Shown: piece by piece, positions 47,101-56,052 of the stretch | Numbering within the stretch: position 1 is the stretch's first letter | Layout: every line of letters starts with the position of its first letter | Virus record (IMG/VR): IMGVR_UViG_3300035491_000193 | Location: 95,451 to 159,450 of that record | Direction: 5' to 3' (one strand) | Length of the DNA: 64,000 nt | DNA from: a virus | Notes under the pieces: model-generated | What the model saw: only the letters and a program-made list of their open reading frames with translations | Told to the model about the DNA's origin: nothing | Database searches by the model: none | Made by a program: the position numbers and the translations under genes

Positions 47101-49309
47101 TACGGCAGATCGGAGGCTTACTACCACAACCGGACACTACGATATGGTGGTGGTGGCCAACGTGGTGGATCTTAATGGCAGCGTTCGTAACGCCGGTGGT
47201 GTATTTCACACTTCACGACTGTCAACTGCGACTGTTTGTGTTAACGAACAGCTGCAAAATGTGCTTTCGATGAGTCTCGCTGTCCACGATGCTGCAAATG
47301 CCACAGTCCTCAATATGTTGCCTGACCTTGTGGAGGGTCAGATACTTGACACCACATTCACACTCGTTGTGTTTGGGGACTACACGATCGCAAATGACCT
47401 CGACGCCTTCATCGTAATGGGTTGCCAGCATCAGCAGCCATCTAAGCCGGGTAAAAGCTTAAGCTTGCTGGTATTTCCTGCGCAATTGACTATCGCGAAT
47501 GGCCAGATCACATCGATATCTGTCGGCACCGTGTTGCTGAATGACGTTATTGCTGACACATCAACCGTGGTCAGGGAGGTCGCTCTCTGGGGGATGAATC
47601 ATCGAGTCAAGCATAGCGATACAGAAACCATGTTTATAATCAACACTACGCCGCCTGTGCATGTTGTTGGTGGTACAGCGGCGCGCAGTGCAGTATTGAG
47701 GCGAACTGGCACGTCGTGGGAGGCAAAGTTTGTTGGCATAAATGCCCACCTCACGTCATCTTGGCATTATCATCCCAAGCTGGGCTATTTTGAAATAAGT
47801 AGCGACGATAGTGGCGAGGCGATTATTGCGAACACAAAAGATCTTAGAAATCTCAACACGACAACTGTGACCAAGCACATTATCCACTCCACCAGAGTAG
47901 CCTCGGGCTGGATCGTGTACTTCACTGAGCCTGTGCCCTTTTACGCTAATGGGGAGTTAACGTACGCCCCGGTCAAATCGTTTGACTTGAGGGAGTTGTT
48001 CCCTAACGCGTACCAGTCCAAGACGTTCTACATCTACGTCACGCCAGGCCTGGAAATTGACAACGGGGGGGTAGTAGAAGTTATCCCACCCGAGTATCGG
48101 TTTCTTACTGACCACATCGACGATAGCGATGAGATGCTGTACATCGGCTACTGTAAAACCGACGATCGTCAGATCACGGAGTTACAGGTCGATTCAGTGC
48201 TGCGCATGGGTAAACTGCGGGAGGTGGAGGAACACATCCACAATCCGAATGGTCACGGCACTGTTCTGACCATCACCAAGGAAAAGTTTGGTGCAGGGCA
48301 TCTGCAAAACATGCCAATGTTGAGTACGTTGACAATGCCGACCTTTAAGGAGGTGTTTGATAGTTGGAAGCGGTTCGTACACTGGCACACGACAGACACG
48401 CAGCCTGCGGCGACTGGGCCACTTTCTGCCTGGGAATATCTTGAAGACCAAGACGTGCTTCGGTCGATGGCAGACTCGGTCACTCAGCACATGTTCGTTG
48501 GGTTCATTTCACCACAACCGGTGGGAGACTATACATTTGACGTGAAAGTCTCATCGGTCGATGCGGACGACGATTGGATTGGTATTGTACTGGCGTATGC
48601 GGTAGATGCTAATGGGCGAGAGCACACATTGTCCGCACTGAGGTCGACTGGCGCCGAATGGCAGGAAGTGATCAGTGGCCAATTCTACAATTGCGCAGTG
48701 GTTAAGAACTGGAGACAGCCGAGGCAAGGACAGCGGGTGTTGAGTACAGCTAAACCGGGCAAAGATGGCGGCTGGGGCGGTAAGGGCACGGCTCGCATAC
48801 GTGCGGTGCGTAAAGCCGATCGGATTACGGTGACGTATTACGAATTCAGTGTTCGAAATGCTGACACTGTAATACACGAGTACGTTATCGACCTTAACGA
48901 GCCTGACCTGCAAATCTTCAAAGGTGCCGCCAACTTCGGTTTCTGCTCGCAGTCGCAAGGGTTGGCGACGTTCGATTCAAGTATCCGCCCAGATGAAGAC
49001 GTTGGTAACTACTACGCCACAGGTGAACTCGTACGGTTAGCGGCAGAACACCAAGCCACTTCTGTCGCATTTCGTCAGGGGTTGGTGACTGCTGGACAAG
49101 CGGTCCCTGTCCCACCTGGTTTCACCATCGCAGAGTGCAAGGTCCTGGTGGACTACCATTCTAACAGTGAGCCAACGCTCGTGAAAACGCAGATCAAGGT
49201 ATCTTGCGATCCCGCCACCTTGGTAACCAAACTGGAGTACCACAACGGTTCAACCTGGGTAACTAATGCCGGCATTGTGAAATACTACCTGGTCGCCAGA
49301 AAAGCTTAA
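44162..49309 (+). CDS. Long tail fibre / receptor-binding protein, paralog 3 (about 1715 aa)
   Basis: GAGGT RBS before ATG 44162; same N-terminal and fibre modules as paralogs 1 and 2, a large insertion, and a C-terminal DDD lectin-like domain. Confidence 0.75.
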   Translation: MADYAYPYDSTASSAANLVVDERHALADYPNKWGSVIPKFAPFYRKDLVVRHRPSGRTLLEGIDYYLGHRFAEASTANKMPVYGSIMLLDRSLAGEVEFKQYRTLGGPHTIPFEEALNYLAREDNPDPRNADWVDVMKFPRMVPVIVAPDDINGAIRDDAITGKLDKLAATLRQLAEQERQAYENVMASIAALGDKIHTFDVAVHEDRTYPHAVTYTQLNAIKKDGTAVDALKAYGLTLAQFVAFVESAAIEISDKERLADLIGDQLQGRLRLEGDTCVIQGQGGASTLDLKTGDLALVATGNVTLTSNGTEDKTAIGLQSGQNSLSLHRSYSHDVTDPLVYNGFYVIHAGNIADYVPDQGSSSQQVYTGAGDHITLRGIGTPSRPLTGDVSFPIATATADGLFSLSTSTVSNDTDKAATPSALKAIHDLLATLVPTSRMVNGRALTGNLTFSKTDFGLGRVDNTHPNSKPASNAFKTAAAAKPAVDHTHTLADLEGLEAAGPESRGLVKLATDISSATDSVITTAVAAGLDDRTEAVENDLFETIPSEAFDIQKYGDASYLPIPARGSYPAAGVNISNYAVVGEFEVGGRLVLLRNGADVIDSGVYYSYGDLDGSGGFSRFINTAAEYRPRYLPFGVRVLAASRGSAGVFIAKMSDGNAHLVLTRGTMDGEHHVGSPLLGEWWMNWNTIPFIAGEYVYILHQEVGRGLGLSVRLWRVSVSDVERGVALAPAAVKLSGIDIYGDAFANVDIAPLSRVNVSSNISDKPYALREDNGTWTTVMPVRSLNNYDIAIREDEVRVFNYTTVYLRNATESRHHRVSYSYRVDFKTGVVNLDDRSAFPIKIKPTGAETTAIAPSGEWAAMPYGNVDRLAGVIDAGDRMCAVAYHRTYMIPKVVPFSKNDGTVSKFDHLSAATKRITFSYSNEVDLAGARGSVAGSVPMSVGFLSDNKIIARERAGTSNILQYDPSGEYVTGDGGFGPTADRRLTTTTGHYDMVVVANVVDLNGSVRNAGGVFHTSRLSTATVCVNEQLQNVLSMSLAVHDAANATVLNMLPDLVEGQILDTTFTLVVFGDYTIANDLDAFIVMGCQHQQPSKPGKSLSLLVFPAQLTIANGQITSISVGTVLLNDVIADTSTVVREVALWGMNHRVKHSDTETMFIINTTPPVHVVGGTAARSAVLRRTGTSWEAKFVGINAHLTSSWHYHPKLGYFEISSDDSGEAIIANTKDLRNLNTTTVTKHIIHSTRVASGWIVYFTEPVPFYANGELTYAPVKSFDLRELFPNAYQSKTFYIYVTPGLEIDNGGVVEVIPPEYRFLTDHIDDSDEMLYIGYCKTDDRQITELQVDSVLRMGKLREVEEHIHNPNGHGTVLTITKEKFGAGHLQNMPMLSTLTMPTFKEVFDSWKRFVHWHTTDTQPAATGPLSAWEYLEDQDVLRSMADSVTQHMFVGFISPQPVGDYTFDVKVSSVDADDDWIGIVLAYAVDANGREHTLSALRSTGAEWQEVISGQFYNCAVVKNWRQPRQGQRVLSTAKPGKDGGWGGKGTARIRAVRKADRITVTYYEFSVRNADTVIHEYVIDLNEPDLQIFKGAANFGFCSQSQGLATFDSSIRPDEDVGNYYATGELVRLAAEHQATSVAFRQGLVTAGQAVPVPPGFTIAECKVLVDYHSNSEPTLVKTQIKVSCDPATLVTKLEYHNGSTWVTNAGIVKYYLVARKA

Positions 49310-49324
49310 TTGAGGTAACAGTAT

Positions 49325-49717
49325 ATGTTTTATTACGGTTTTAATGAAGAATCGAAGCGGTGCCATTTCTCCGCCGACGGGTATGTGATGGCGCCTCCCG
49401 GTATCGTCATCGTGACGTCGGAGGTGAACTACCCAGACATCACTCGACTGGAGCTGGTTGAACGCGATGATGGCACGCAGGCCATTAATGAACGCAGTGA
49501 CACCCTGGAGGACATCAAACGACGCTTTGAGGTAGAGCGCGAGGATCGTTTGCGTATCGCTGGCGAGCAGATCCAGATACTGAAGGATGTGGTGGATTAC
49601 GGCGATGCAGAAACCGCCACTCCGCTGTACGAGGCGTGGCGAGCCTACCGTGCCAAAGTCTGGTCGCTCGATTATGACGCCTTCACCGAATCAGGCTGGC
49701 CTGCCAAACCTGAATAA
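49325..49717 (+). CDS. Tail fibre assembly chaperone (Tfa-like)
   Basis: C-terminal AWRAYRAKV...GWPAKPE motif; directly follows a fibre gene. Confidence 0.7.
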   Translation: MFYYGFNEESKRCHFSADGYVMAPPGIVIVTSEVNYPDITRLELVERDDGTQAINERSDTLEDIKRRFEVEREDRLRIAGEQIQILKDVVDYGDAETATPLYEAWRAYRAKVWSLDYDAFTESGWPAKPE

Positions 49718-49766
49718 TTAGAAATCTTGATTGGAGCGGGGCAGGTAACTGTCCCGATTAGCTAGC

Positions 49767-51425
49767 ATGGCATTGAAACAGTTCATTTATCCACTGGACC
49801 TGTCGGGCACACGCACCTCGAACCGAGTAACCGAACTCCACACCATCGGCGTGGATCGCTACCGTGCGTTTGCGCTGAAGACCGGTCCGTTCTACACCAA
49901 AGATCTGGTGGTTCGTGAGAATGGTAAAACTACCCCGCTGAAACGTGGTCTGGACTACGAGTGTGTGTTCTACTACGAGAACATCGGTCGGATGACCGCG
50001 GGGCTCGAAGTCTGCGGCGTAATCGTAGTGCACAACACCAACATCGGCACCGATCTGTCTGTGGAAGTCAACATCGTAGGTGGACCGTACGCTGCTTCGG
50101 CAGAGGCCATCCAAGATGCCATCAACCAGCTGGAGCTGGACAATCGCAACGTGTATTGGGCGAACGTGATTCAGAAGCCGGATCTGTTCCAACCCACCCC
50201 GCATTTGCATGACCTGGGCGATATATTCGGCTTCGAGTTCATTATTGATCTACTCGGTGCGATTCGTGATGCCATTCTGGTGGGTGACAATGCCAAGATG
50301 GAGCAACTGCGGGACCATCTGGATGAGATCGTACGTCAGTTCAACCAGTCACTCCAGACCCACTTGAACGATAAGAGCAATCCGCATAAGGTCACGTCAG
50401 ATCAGGTCAACGCGTATTCGAAAGAAGCTATCGATCAGATGGTGTTGCTGATTAACCAGGCGCTGTCGCAACACGCATCGCGGATGGACGGCATCGATCA
50501 AGACATCAACCAACTGGCGAGGGACCTGCAGGCGTTTGTGGATGCCCTTACAGCTTATAACCAGCGCGTCAGTGTGGTGGAAGGAAAGCAGTCTAGACTG
50601 AGCTCTGACATCGCCGCGATAAATGATGCGATCCAGGCTATCAATGAGGACCTGACTCGTGTCTGGGCAGAGATTAACGCCCTCAAAGAAACCGACATCG
50701 CGCATCAGCAAGCGATCAACAAGAACGCGCAAGACATCGCCCTGATCAAACAGAAGGATGCACAGCAAGATCAGCGTTTGAATGCACTGGAGCAGGAAAA
50801 CGCCACACAACAGCAGCAAATCGATGCGGTGACGGACAAAGCCAACAGCCTGCAAGACAACATGAAGGACTATGTCAAGAAGTCTGAAGTGTATGGTGAT
50901 GTCAACGATCACACGCAGGAAGAGATGATCGGACGTATCCCCAGAATCCGACCGAATGGTGCGTTGGAGATCTGTCACGTCATCGATTTCCATATTGCCG
51001 GCTCGCAAAAAGACTGGGACATTCGTGAAGAAGCGCGGATGAACACCAGCATCAATGCCTTGGAGATCTACAACACCGAGCGTTACAATGCCATCGACGT
51101 GTTCATTCGATCTGACCTCCGGGATAAGAACGATGTGGAGGCACTGTCTGGCGAGCGCGCGCATCAGATCCTCACGGACATTGGTGGGGGTATCACCTAT
51201 CGACTGCTGGAGGAAACCGCACGCACGGCTGGCCTGGCTGCACAAGAAGTGCAGAAGGTAATGCCGGAAGCCATCGTGGTTGGTGAGAACAATGAAGGCG
51301 AGGAACGGCTTAGCGTGCGTAACAATGCCATCATCGCGGCGTTGGTATCGGGTTACAACTACCAGCAGGAGCGGATTGAAACACTGGAGCAACTGCTTAA
51401 AGATATACTCAACAAAAAGGAGTAA
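49767..51425 (+). CDS. Tail fibre with coiled-coil shaft and C-terminal peptidase S74-like intramolecular chaperone
   Basis: Paralogous N-terminus (YPLDLSG...N...E.H), NPH, long heptad region, and RSDLRDK...GLAAQEVQKVMPEAI. Confidence 0.75.
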   Translation: MALKQFIYPLDLSGTRTSNRVTELHTIGVDRYRAFALKTGPFYTKDLVVRENGKTTPLKRGLDYECVFYYENIGRMTAGLEVCGVIVVHNTNIGTDLSVEVNIVGGPYAASAEAIQDAINQLELDNRNVYWANVIQKPDLFQPTPHLHDLGDIFGFEFIIDLLGAIRDAILVGDNAKMEQLRDHLDEIVRQFNQSLQTHLNDKSNPHKVTSDQVNAYSKEAIDQMVLLINQALSQHASRMDGIDQDINQLARDLQAFVDALTAYNQRVSVVEGKQSRLSSDIAAINDAIQAINEDLTRVWAEINALKETDIAHQQAINKNAQDIALIKQKDAQQDQRLNALEQENATQQQQIDAVTDKANSLQDNMKDYVKKSEVYGDVNDHTQEEMIGRIPRIRPNGALEICHVIDFHIAGSQKDWDIREEARMNTSINALEIYNTERYNAIDVFIRSDLRDKNDVEALSGERAHQILTDIGGGITYRLLEETARTAGLAAQEVQKVMPEAIVVGENNEGEERLSVRNNAIIAALVSGYNYQQERIETLEQLLKDILNKKE

Positions 51426-51428
51426 GTC

Positions 51429-51938
51429 ATGTACCATCCTGAACACTTTAGTGCCAGTGAGTTGGTGCCGCCGGAGGAGCACGCGCGGTGGGGTGCGGGA
51501 GCGATCATGGTGATCAATCCCTTGCTGTGCATCACGCTGGATCAATTGCGTAAACGACACGGTCGGCTGATCGTTAATTCCTCAGGCCGAGATCGCCAAC
51601 AGTCTGGCCTGCGCACCGTCGAGTTTTACCGTCGCGAATACCGCAAGCTTAACCGGTCGCAACAGGACAAAAAATACATCGCCTCGCGTTCAGCACACAT
51701 TCGTGGCGATGCAGCAGACTGTATCCCGCTCGACACCTCACTCGTCGACATCCATGCCGACATCAAAGCCAATCCGGATTTGTACCCGTTCCTGCACTTC
51801 GTGGAGACGGACATCACCTGGTTACATGTTGATGTACGTAACCAGCCCGACATCACGTTCTGGTCACCGAAGCGTGGTGTGGTGGATGTGGTCAAGCAAC
51901 AGCCCATTGAGTGGGGAAAAATCGCTCCAGGTCTCTAA
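51429..51938 (+). CDS. Peptidase M15-family endolysin
   Basis: SGLR, SAHIRGDAAD and WLHVD zinc-binding motifs. Confidence 0.75.
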   Translation: MYHPEHFSASELVPPEEHARWGAGAIMVINPLLCITLDQLRKRHGRLIVNSSGRDRQQSGLRTVEFYRREYRKLNRSQQDKKYIASRSAHIRGDAADCIPLDTSLVDIHADIKANPDLYPFLHFVETDITWLHVDVRNQPDITFWSPKRGVVDVVKQQPIEWGKIAPGL

Positions 51939-51974
51939 TAAGGCAAAAAAAAAGAGGAGGGCACTGCCCTCCTC
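51939..51974 (-). terminator. Intrinsic terminator, copy of the element at 12610
   Basis: TAAGGCAAAAAAAAAG plus GAGGAGGGCACTGCCCTCCTC. Confidence 0.8.
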
Positions 51975-51996
51975 GTCTTTGTGCGCTTTAGCGCAA

Positions 51997-52701
51997 TTAG
52001 AGCAGTTTCCCGTCCATGAACTTACTGTACAGACCCAGACGTTTCAGGGAAGTGATACATACCGGCGCAGTGCCTGTCTTTTCCAGCCGCTCCCGCAAGT
52101 CCATGATGATGTGCGGCGTCAAACCAGGAAGATTGGTGAACATCACCGGATCGTCGTGACTTACCAGCTCAAGCAACAGACTCCGGTCTTTTACGTCCCA
52201 CGACTGCCGATTGCCACGTAACCGAAGCAGGTCGGTATCATACACCAAACCAGTAGACCAGGCATAGGGGTTGTCACAGATCAGCACTTTCATAATTGCC
52301 TTGATCCGGCACTTAAGACGCTCGGTGATTTCCTTAAGGTGTATGTCGTACTCCTTGAGTGTCAGCACGATACTTCCGTAGTCGTCACGAATAGCCGTTA
52401 CATCGAACTTGCAAGATGTAACGACCTTTCGATATTCGTCGGTCGATTCGCAGGCGACGCCGTGTGTTCCCAGATAACTCACGATGCTCGCCACCGGATC
52501 ATCTGCCAGAACAATGTCAGCAATCTCCGACTGGTACGGCAATCGGTTATCGAAGTCCACTTCACCTGACACCATGTAGTCATGAACAGGCTTGAGGTGG
52601 TCAAGGAGTGCAGGGTGTTGTGTCCAGTCTACCGCCAGGCTGTCCAGGTTGCGAAACAGATGAGTGACGGCGTGTTTATACGTGGTGATCAGTTCGTTCA
52701 T
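51997..52701 (-). CDS. Hypothetical protein
   Basis: CAGGAG RBS before ATG 52701. Confidence 0.65.
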   Translation of the reverse strand: MNELITTYKHAVTHLFRNLDSLAVDWTQHPALLDHLKPVHDYMVSGEVDFDNRLPYQSEIADIVLADDPVASIVSYLGTHGVACESTDEYRKVVTSCKFDVTAIRDDYGSIVLTLKEYDIHLKEITERLKCRIKAIMKVLICDNPYAWSTGLVYDTDLLRLRGNRQSWDVKDRSLLLELVSHDDPVMFTNLPGLTPHIIMDLRERLEKTGTAPVCITSLKRLGLYSKFMDGKLL

Positions 52702-52747
52702 GATTTTCTCCTGATAGTAAAAGAAGGCGACATAACACATGTCACCT

Positions 52748-52765
52748 GGATGATATATATCTTAA
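52748..52765 (-). promoter_or_regulatory. Repeated promoter-like motif TTAAGATATATATCATCC
   Basis: 15-nt core AGATATATATCATCC is identical to the copy at 60024; intergenic and upstream of an RBS. Confidence 0.6.
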
Positions 52766-52771
52766 TTTGAC

Positions 52772-53959
52772 TTAGATAGTAGCGTGGTAGATCTGGCCGT
52801 TAATGATACTCAATGAATAGGCCGGTATCGGCAGGTCGCATTGTGCGGTGTTTAACACTACACGACACTCAGGGTTTGCTTTAATCCAGGTACTGATGAA
52901 CTGGTCGAAGATATTTTCATAACTACCCACTAAGTAGATAACCGACGGATCGCCATCGCGCGGTAGGGTCGTTGGGGTAACATCGACAACCGGCTTGGTG
53001 AAAAGGGCCCCCTTAGCCCCCAACTGCTCCACAAGCGGTTCGATCAACAGCATGCTACAACCGACAGCAATATCGATAGGGGACCACTCGATGTTTATTT
53101 TACCCACCGGGCGCCGCTTGACCTCCTCCTCAGCGCCATTGTCATAACCAAGATGCCGCCTGTTATAAGAGGCAAATGCGCCAGGTCGACCAAAGCGCTG
53201 CATCATCTGGTTAAAGCGCCGGTTGTTGTGTCGAGACGTTGGCTCCCGGAGGCGCTCGATCAACAGGTAGTAATCGTCAAGCGAGATGTCTCTTAACCCA
53301 CCGATAGCATGTATGATCCAGTGGTCAGGAAGCTGGTGAATGAGATCGTGTGGTAAGTTGGCCATCCCCACAATAGGTACTATGTCTTCAGGATGCGTGC
53401 CGACGGACCGCAATGCTGACACCAACACTTCGCTAGGGTGAGTGTGTTTCGCCAGACGCCACACAACCTTACCGTAGGTGTGATACAAACTGACCAGGGT
53501 GTCAACTGGCAGCTGACTGTCGCCATACAGCACCTTCAGATCCTCAGGCCAGTCCGCCTGCTCTGCTCCGCTGCGATTACCTACCTGCTCAAAGGCACTC
53601 ACTGCCAGTCCTTTGTTAATGGCATGGTTAAGCGCAACGACATGGATGGTATCGCTACCGCCCAACGGCAGTGTGAATATTTCAGGCTCATCCAGCTCAG
53701 TAGTGATGAAATCGATGATTGCTATCCGCAGTGCGGTATCGAGCTCACTGCCAACAGTAGATCCTTCGTTGATCCATTCTACTAATTCCAGAATGTTGGC
53801 TTCGTCGTCAAGACTGAGGTACTTACCGACCAGGTCAGCATCGATAGTGATCATGTCCCGGATTGAATAGCTATCAACCAGGAAGTTAATACGCACTTTG
53901 CCCATTGAGCAAGTTTTTTCTTTGAGGGCTTCGAGTACGGAAATGTGAAAGGTGTTCAT
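52772..53959 (-). CDS. Hypothetical protein (about 395 aa)
   Basis: GGAG RBS before ATG 53959. Confidence 0.65.
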   Translation of the reverse strand: MNTFHISVLEALKEKTCSMGKVRINFLVDSYSIRDMITIDADLVGKYLSLDDEANILELVEWINEGSTVGSELDTALRIAIIDFITTELDEPEIFTLPLGGSDTIHVVALNHAINKGLAVSAFEQVGNRSGAEQADWPEDLKVLYGDSQLPVDTLVSLYHTYGKVVWRLAKHTHPSEVLVSALRSVGTHPEDIVPIVGMANLPHDLIHQLPDHWIIHAIGGLRDISLDDYYLLIERLREPTSRHNNRRFNQMMQRFGRPGAFASYNRRHLGYDNGAEEEVKRRPVGKINIEWSPIDIAVGCSMLLIEPLVEQLGAKGALFTKPVVDVTPTTLPRDGDPSVIYLVGSYENIFDQFISTWIKANPECRVVLNTAQCDLPIPAYSLSIINGQIYHATI

Positions 53960-54000
53960 GCTAAGCTCCATTATTGAAATATGCAAGTAGTGCCACTGTA

Positions 54001-54243
54001 TTAGGCAGAGAGTAATTCGTTATCGGTCTCGAGGTTGTGCAGGGCGTCATTCAACTGACCGATCAGTTTACTGCGACGGTGCCACTGAAGAGGACGACCG
54101 TCCAGGTGACGCTCTACCGCCTCAACGATAGCATCGCGTTGTACTTTCAACGCCCCCACTGCGATGTAATGAGGGAACCTGTAGTACGCATTGAAAAAGC
54201 GCAGAGTTTGTTCGATTACAGTACGGTCAAATTCCTTCGACAT
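54001..54243 (-). CDS. Small hypothetical protein (80 aa)
   Basis: GGAG RBS before ATG 54243. Confidence 0.6.
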   Translation of the reverse strand: MSKEFDRTVIEQTLRFFNAYYRFPHYIAVGALKVQRDAIVEAVERHLDGRPLQWHRRSKLIGQLNDALHNLETDNELLSA

Positions 54244-54270
54244 GTCAAAACTCCAAGATACTAACAACAC

Positions 54271-54302
54271 AAACAAAAGGTGGGGTGACCGAAGCCACCC
54301 CA
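54271..54302 (-). terminator. Intrinsic terminator with UUCG loop
   Basis: TGGGGTGAC-CGAA-GCCACCCCA with an A-rich tract to its left. Confidence 0.6.
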
Positions 54303-54308
54303 AGTACA

Positions 54309-54908
54309 TTAGCCGTAAATAGCCTGACCTTCTTCCAGCAGACCGTAGGACCAGCTTTCCAGTCGGTCAGCGAACTGTGCCAGCAGCTCGTCACGGGTGA
54401 ACCAACCTAGGATTTCGATTTGGTCTTCCTTCGCGGTAGCGGCTTCGTCGATGACGTCCATGATGGATAACGCACCAGCATGTACCTGGTCAGTTTCAGT
54501 GACCATGGAGATGATGTACTTGTTGGTAACGCGCAGCCCTTCAGTCAGGCCCAGCGTCAGCTCCTCGCCCAGTTCGCGATGCGCGGCGTTCAAGGCGGTG
54601 GCTTCGAGATCCAGGACGCTGTCGACATGCACACAGTCTTCCAGATCGACGTGACCGCCGAAACCGATAGACACCTGACCATGCAGGCGCGCTTCGCCGG
54701 CGCTGGTGGTTCTTGCATACGCCAGGAATTTCTGGTCGTGACGGATGATAGTGTAGCTGATCAGTTGGCGGTACGCGGTGTTGGTTTCCAGTCCTTCCCG
54801 TTGCATCAGCACCAGGTCGTGATTGTCGACGGCGGCCTCTTCCAGGTGAAAACCCAGCATGTTGCGGAAGATGTTCGTGTCGATGGCGAGAATGTGTTGC
54901 GGTTTCAT
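54309..54908 (-). CDS. Nudix-fold hydrolase
   Basis: EARLHGQVSIGFGGHVD...AAHRELGEEL is a Nudix-box variant. Confidence 0.7.
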   Translation of the reverse strand: MKPQHILAIDTNIFRNMLGFHLEEAAVDNHDLVLMQREGLETNTAYRQLISYTIIRHDQKFLAYARTTSAGEARLHGQVSIGFGGHVDLEDCVHVDSVLDLEATALNAAHRELGEELTLGLTEGLRVTNKYIISMVTETDQVHAGALSIMDVIDEAATAKEDQIEILGWFTRDELLAQFADRLESWSYGLLEEGQAIYG

Positions 54909-54917
54909 TTAGGTTCC

Positions 54918-55721
54918 TTAAACTTGTTCTACAGTAACGGCGGAGTTGGTAACGATGTAGTCTACCAGTTTACGAATCAGGCGTTCTGCCTGTTGTTCCA
55001 CCCGCGCTTTGTTAGGCAGCGGGTAATAATCGAGTTTAAACCCATCGGTGCCGTTCAGGGTGTAATAGTAGCCACACCCACTGACCCGCAGTTCACCTCG
55101 ATTGATATTAAACAGTTTCCCATCGGTGCTGAAGTTCACAGAGATCGTGACACCTTCACTCCGCAAAGTCAGCCCGTAATGGATAGAATGCGCGCCCACC
55201 GTCATCCGATGACGGGCATCCACGACCGGATGACGGTCCAGGCAATCGATCAGTTCCTTGCTATTCCACACATCTTCACGAGCGATGGTGTCGTCGAACA
55301 CGTGCTCGAGCTGCAACAACTGCTTTACCACCGGCTGCTCATCCTGCACCTGCTTGTCGTGAGTTTCCAGATAGTCGGCAAGTCGGCTGGTCTTCAGGCT
55401 AAACACCTCCACCATTTCACGATTGCGCATGATGAAGTGCTCGTTATCCATCTCCAGTCGCAGTTCGATGTCGGGATGGATCACGATGCGAGCCACGTAT
55501 TCTGGCCCTAGCAGTCCGGTAATGTAGCGACGACGTTCGTCGTCGGTTTTGTTTACCCACTCAGGCGGACCGCTACGGACAAATGCGTGCAGCACGGTAT
55601 CGACTTGCACCATCAGGATCGGAAACACGTCCGTGCCTTTGATGGGATAATCTGCCCGCAGGGTGATTTTTCGACCGCCGAGATTCACAACGATCGGTTT
55701 AGGCACAAAGGGCTTAGACAT
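54918..55721 (-). CDS. Hypothetical protein; probable start MSKPFV
   Basis: ORF; a start at ATG 55721 overlaps the upstream stop by only 8 nt. Confidence 0.6.
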   Translation of the reverse strand: MSKPFVPKPIVVNLGGRKITLRADYPIKGTDVFPILMVQVDTVLHAFVRSGPPEWVNKTDDERRRYITGLLGPEYVARIVIHPDIELRLEMDNEHFIMRNREMVEVFSLKTSRLADYLETHDKQVQDEQPVVKQLLQLEHVFDDTIAREDVWNSKELIDCLDRHPVVDARHRMTVGAHSIHYGLTLRSEGVTISVNFSTDGKLFNINRGELRVSGCGYYYTLNGTDGFKLDYYPLPNKARVEQQAERLIRKLVDYIVTNSAVTVEQV

Positions 55722-56040
55722 GACTTTCCTCCAGCTCCAGAAAATCCAGCGTTTCGAGTTCGGTGATGTCGCCAGCAGACCCGACCTCGTACGCATAAAG
55801 GCGACCATTCATTTCAACCGCAGCACGGTCGGCGCGCTCAACGACGCGACCGACGCCAAACTTGGCTTTGGCCTTCTTGATGACCTTGACGTAAGTGGGG
55901 CCAGCAAACCCCTTCTTCGCAAGATCGTCCGTGTAAAGGAGGTGTAGGGTGTTGTTGAACACCAGGCCGTAGGCTGCACCACGTTCGGTCATCCAGCCGC
56001 TAACACGCTGACCTTTATAATGAGTATTAAATTGTTGCAT
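55714..56040 (-). CDS. Hypothetical protein (108 aa)
   Basis: AGGAG RBS. Confidence 0.65.
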   Translation of the reverse strand: MQQFNTHYKGQRVSGWMTERGAAYGLVFNNTLHLLYTDDLAKKGFAGPTYVKVIKKAKAKFGVGRVVERADRAAVEMNGRLYAYEVGSAGDITELETLDFLELEESHV

Positions 56041-56052
56041 GGTTGCTCCTAA

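Noticed and set aside
50397-51560. 387-aa - strand ORF
   Set aside because: Antisense shadow of the coiled-coil fibre gene, explained by codon bias.
54480-55511. 343-aa + strand ORF
   Set aside because: Antisense to the Nudix gene and its neighbour; no RBS or motifs.
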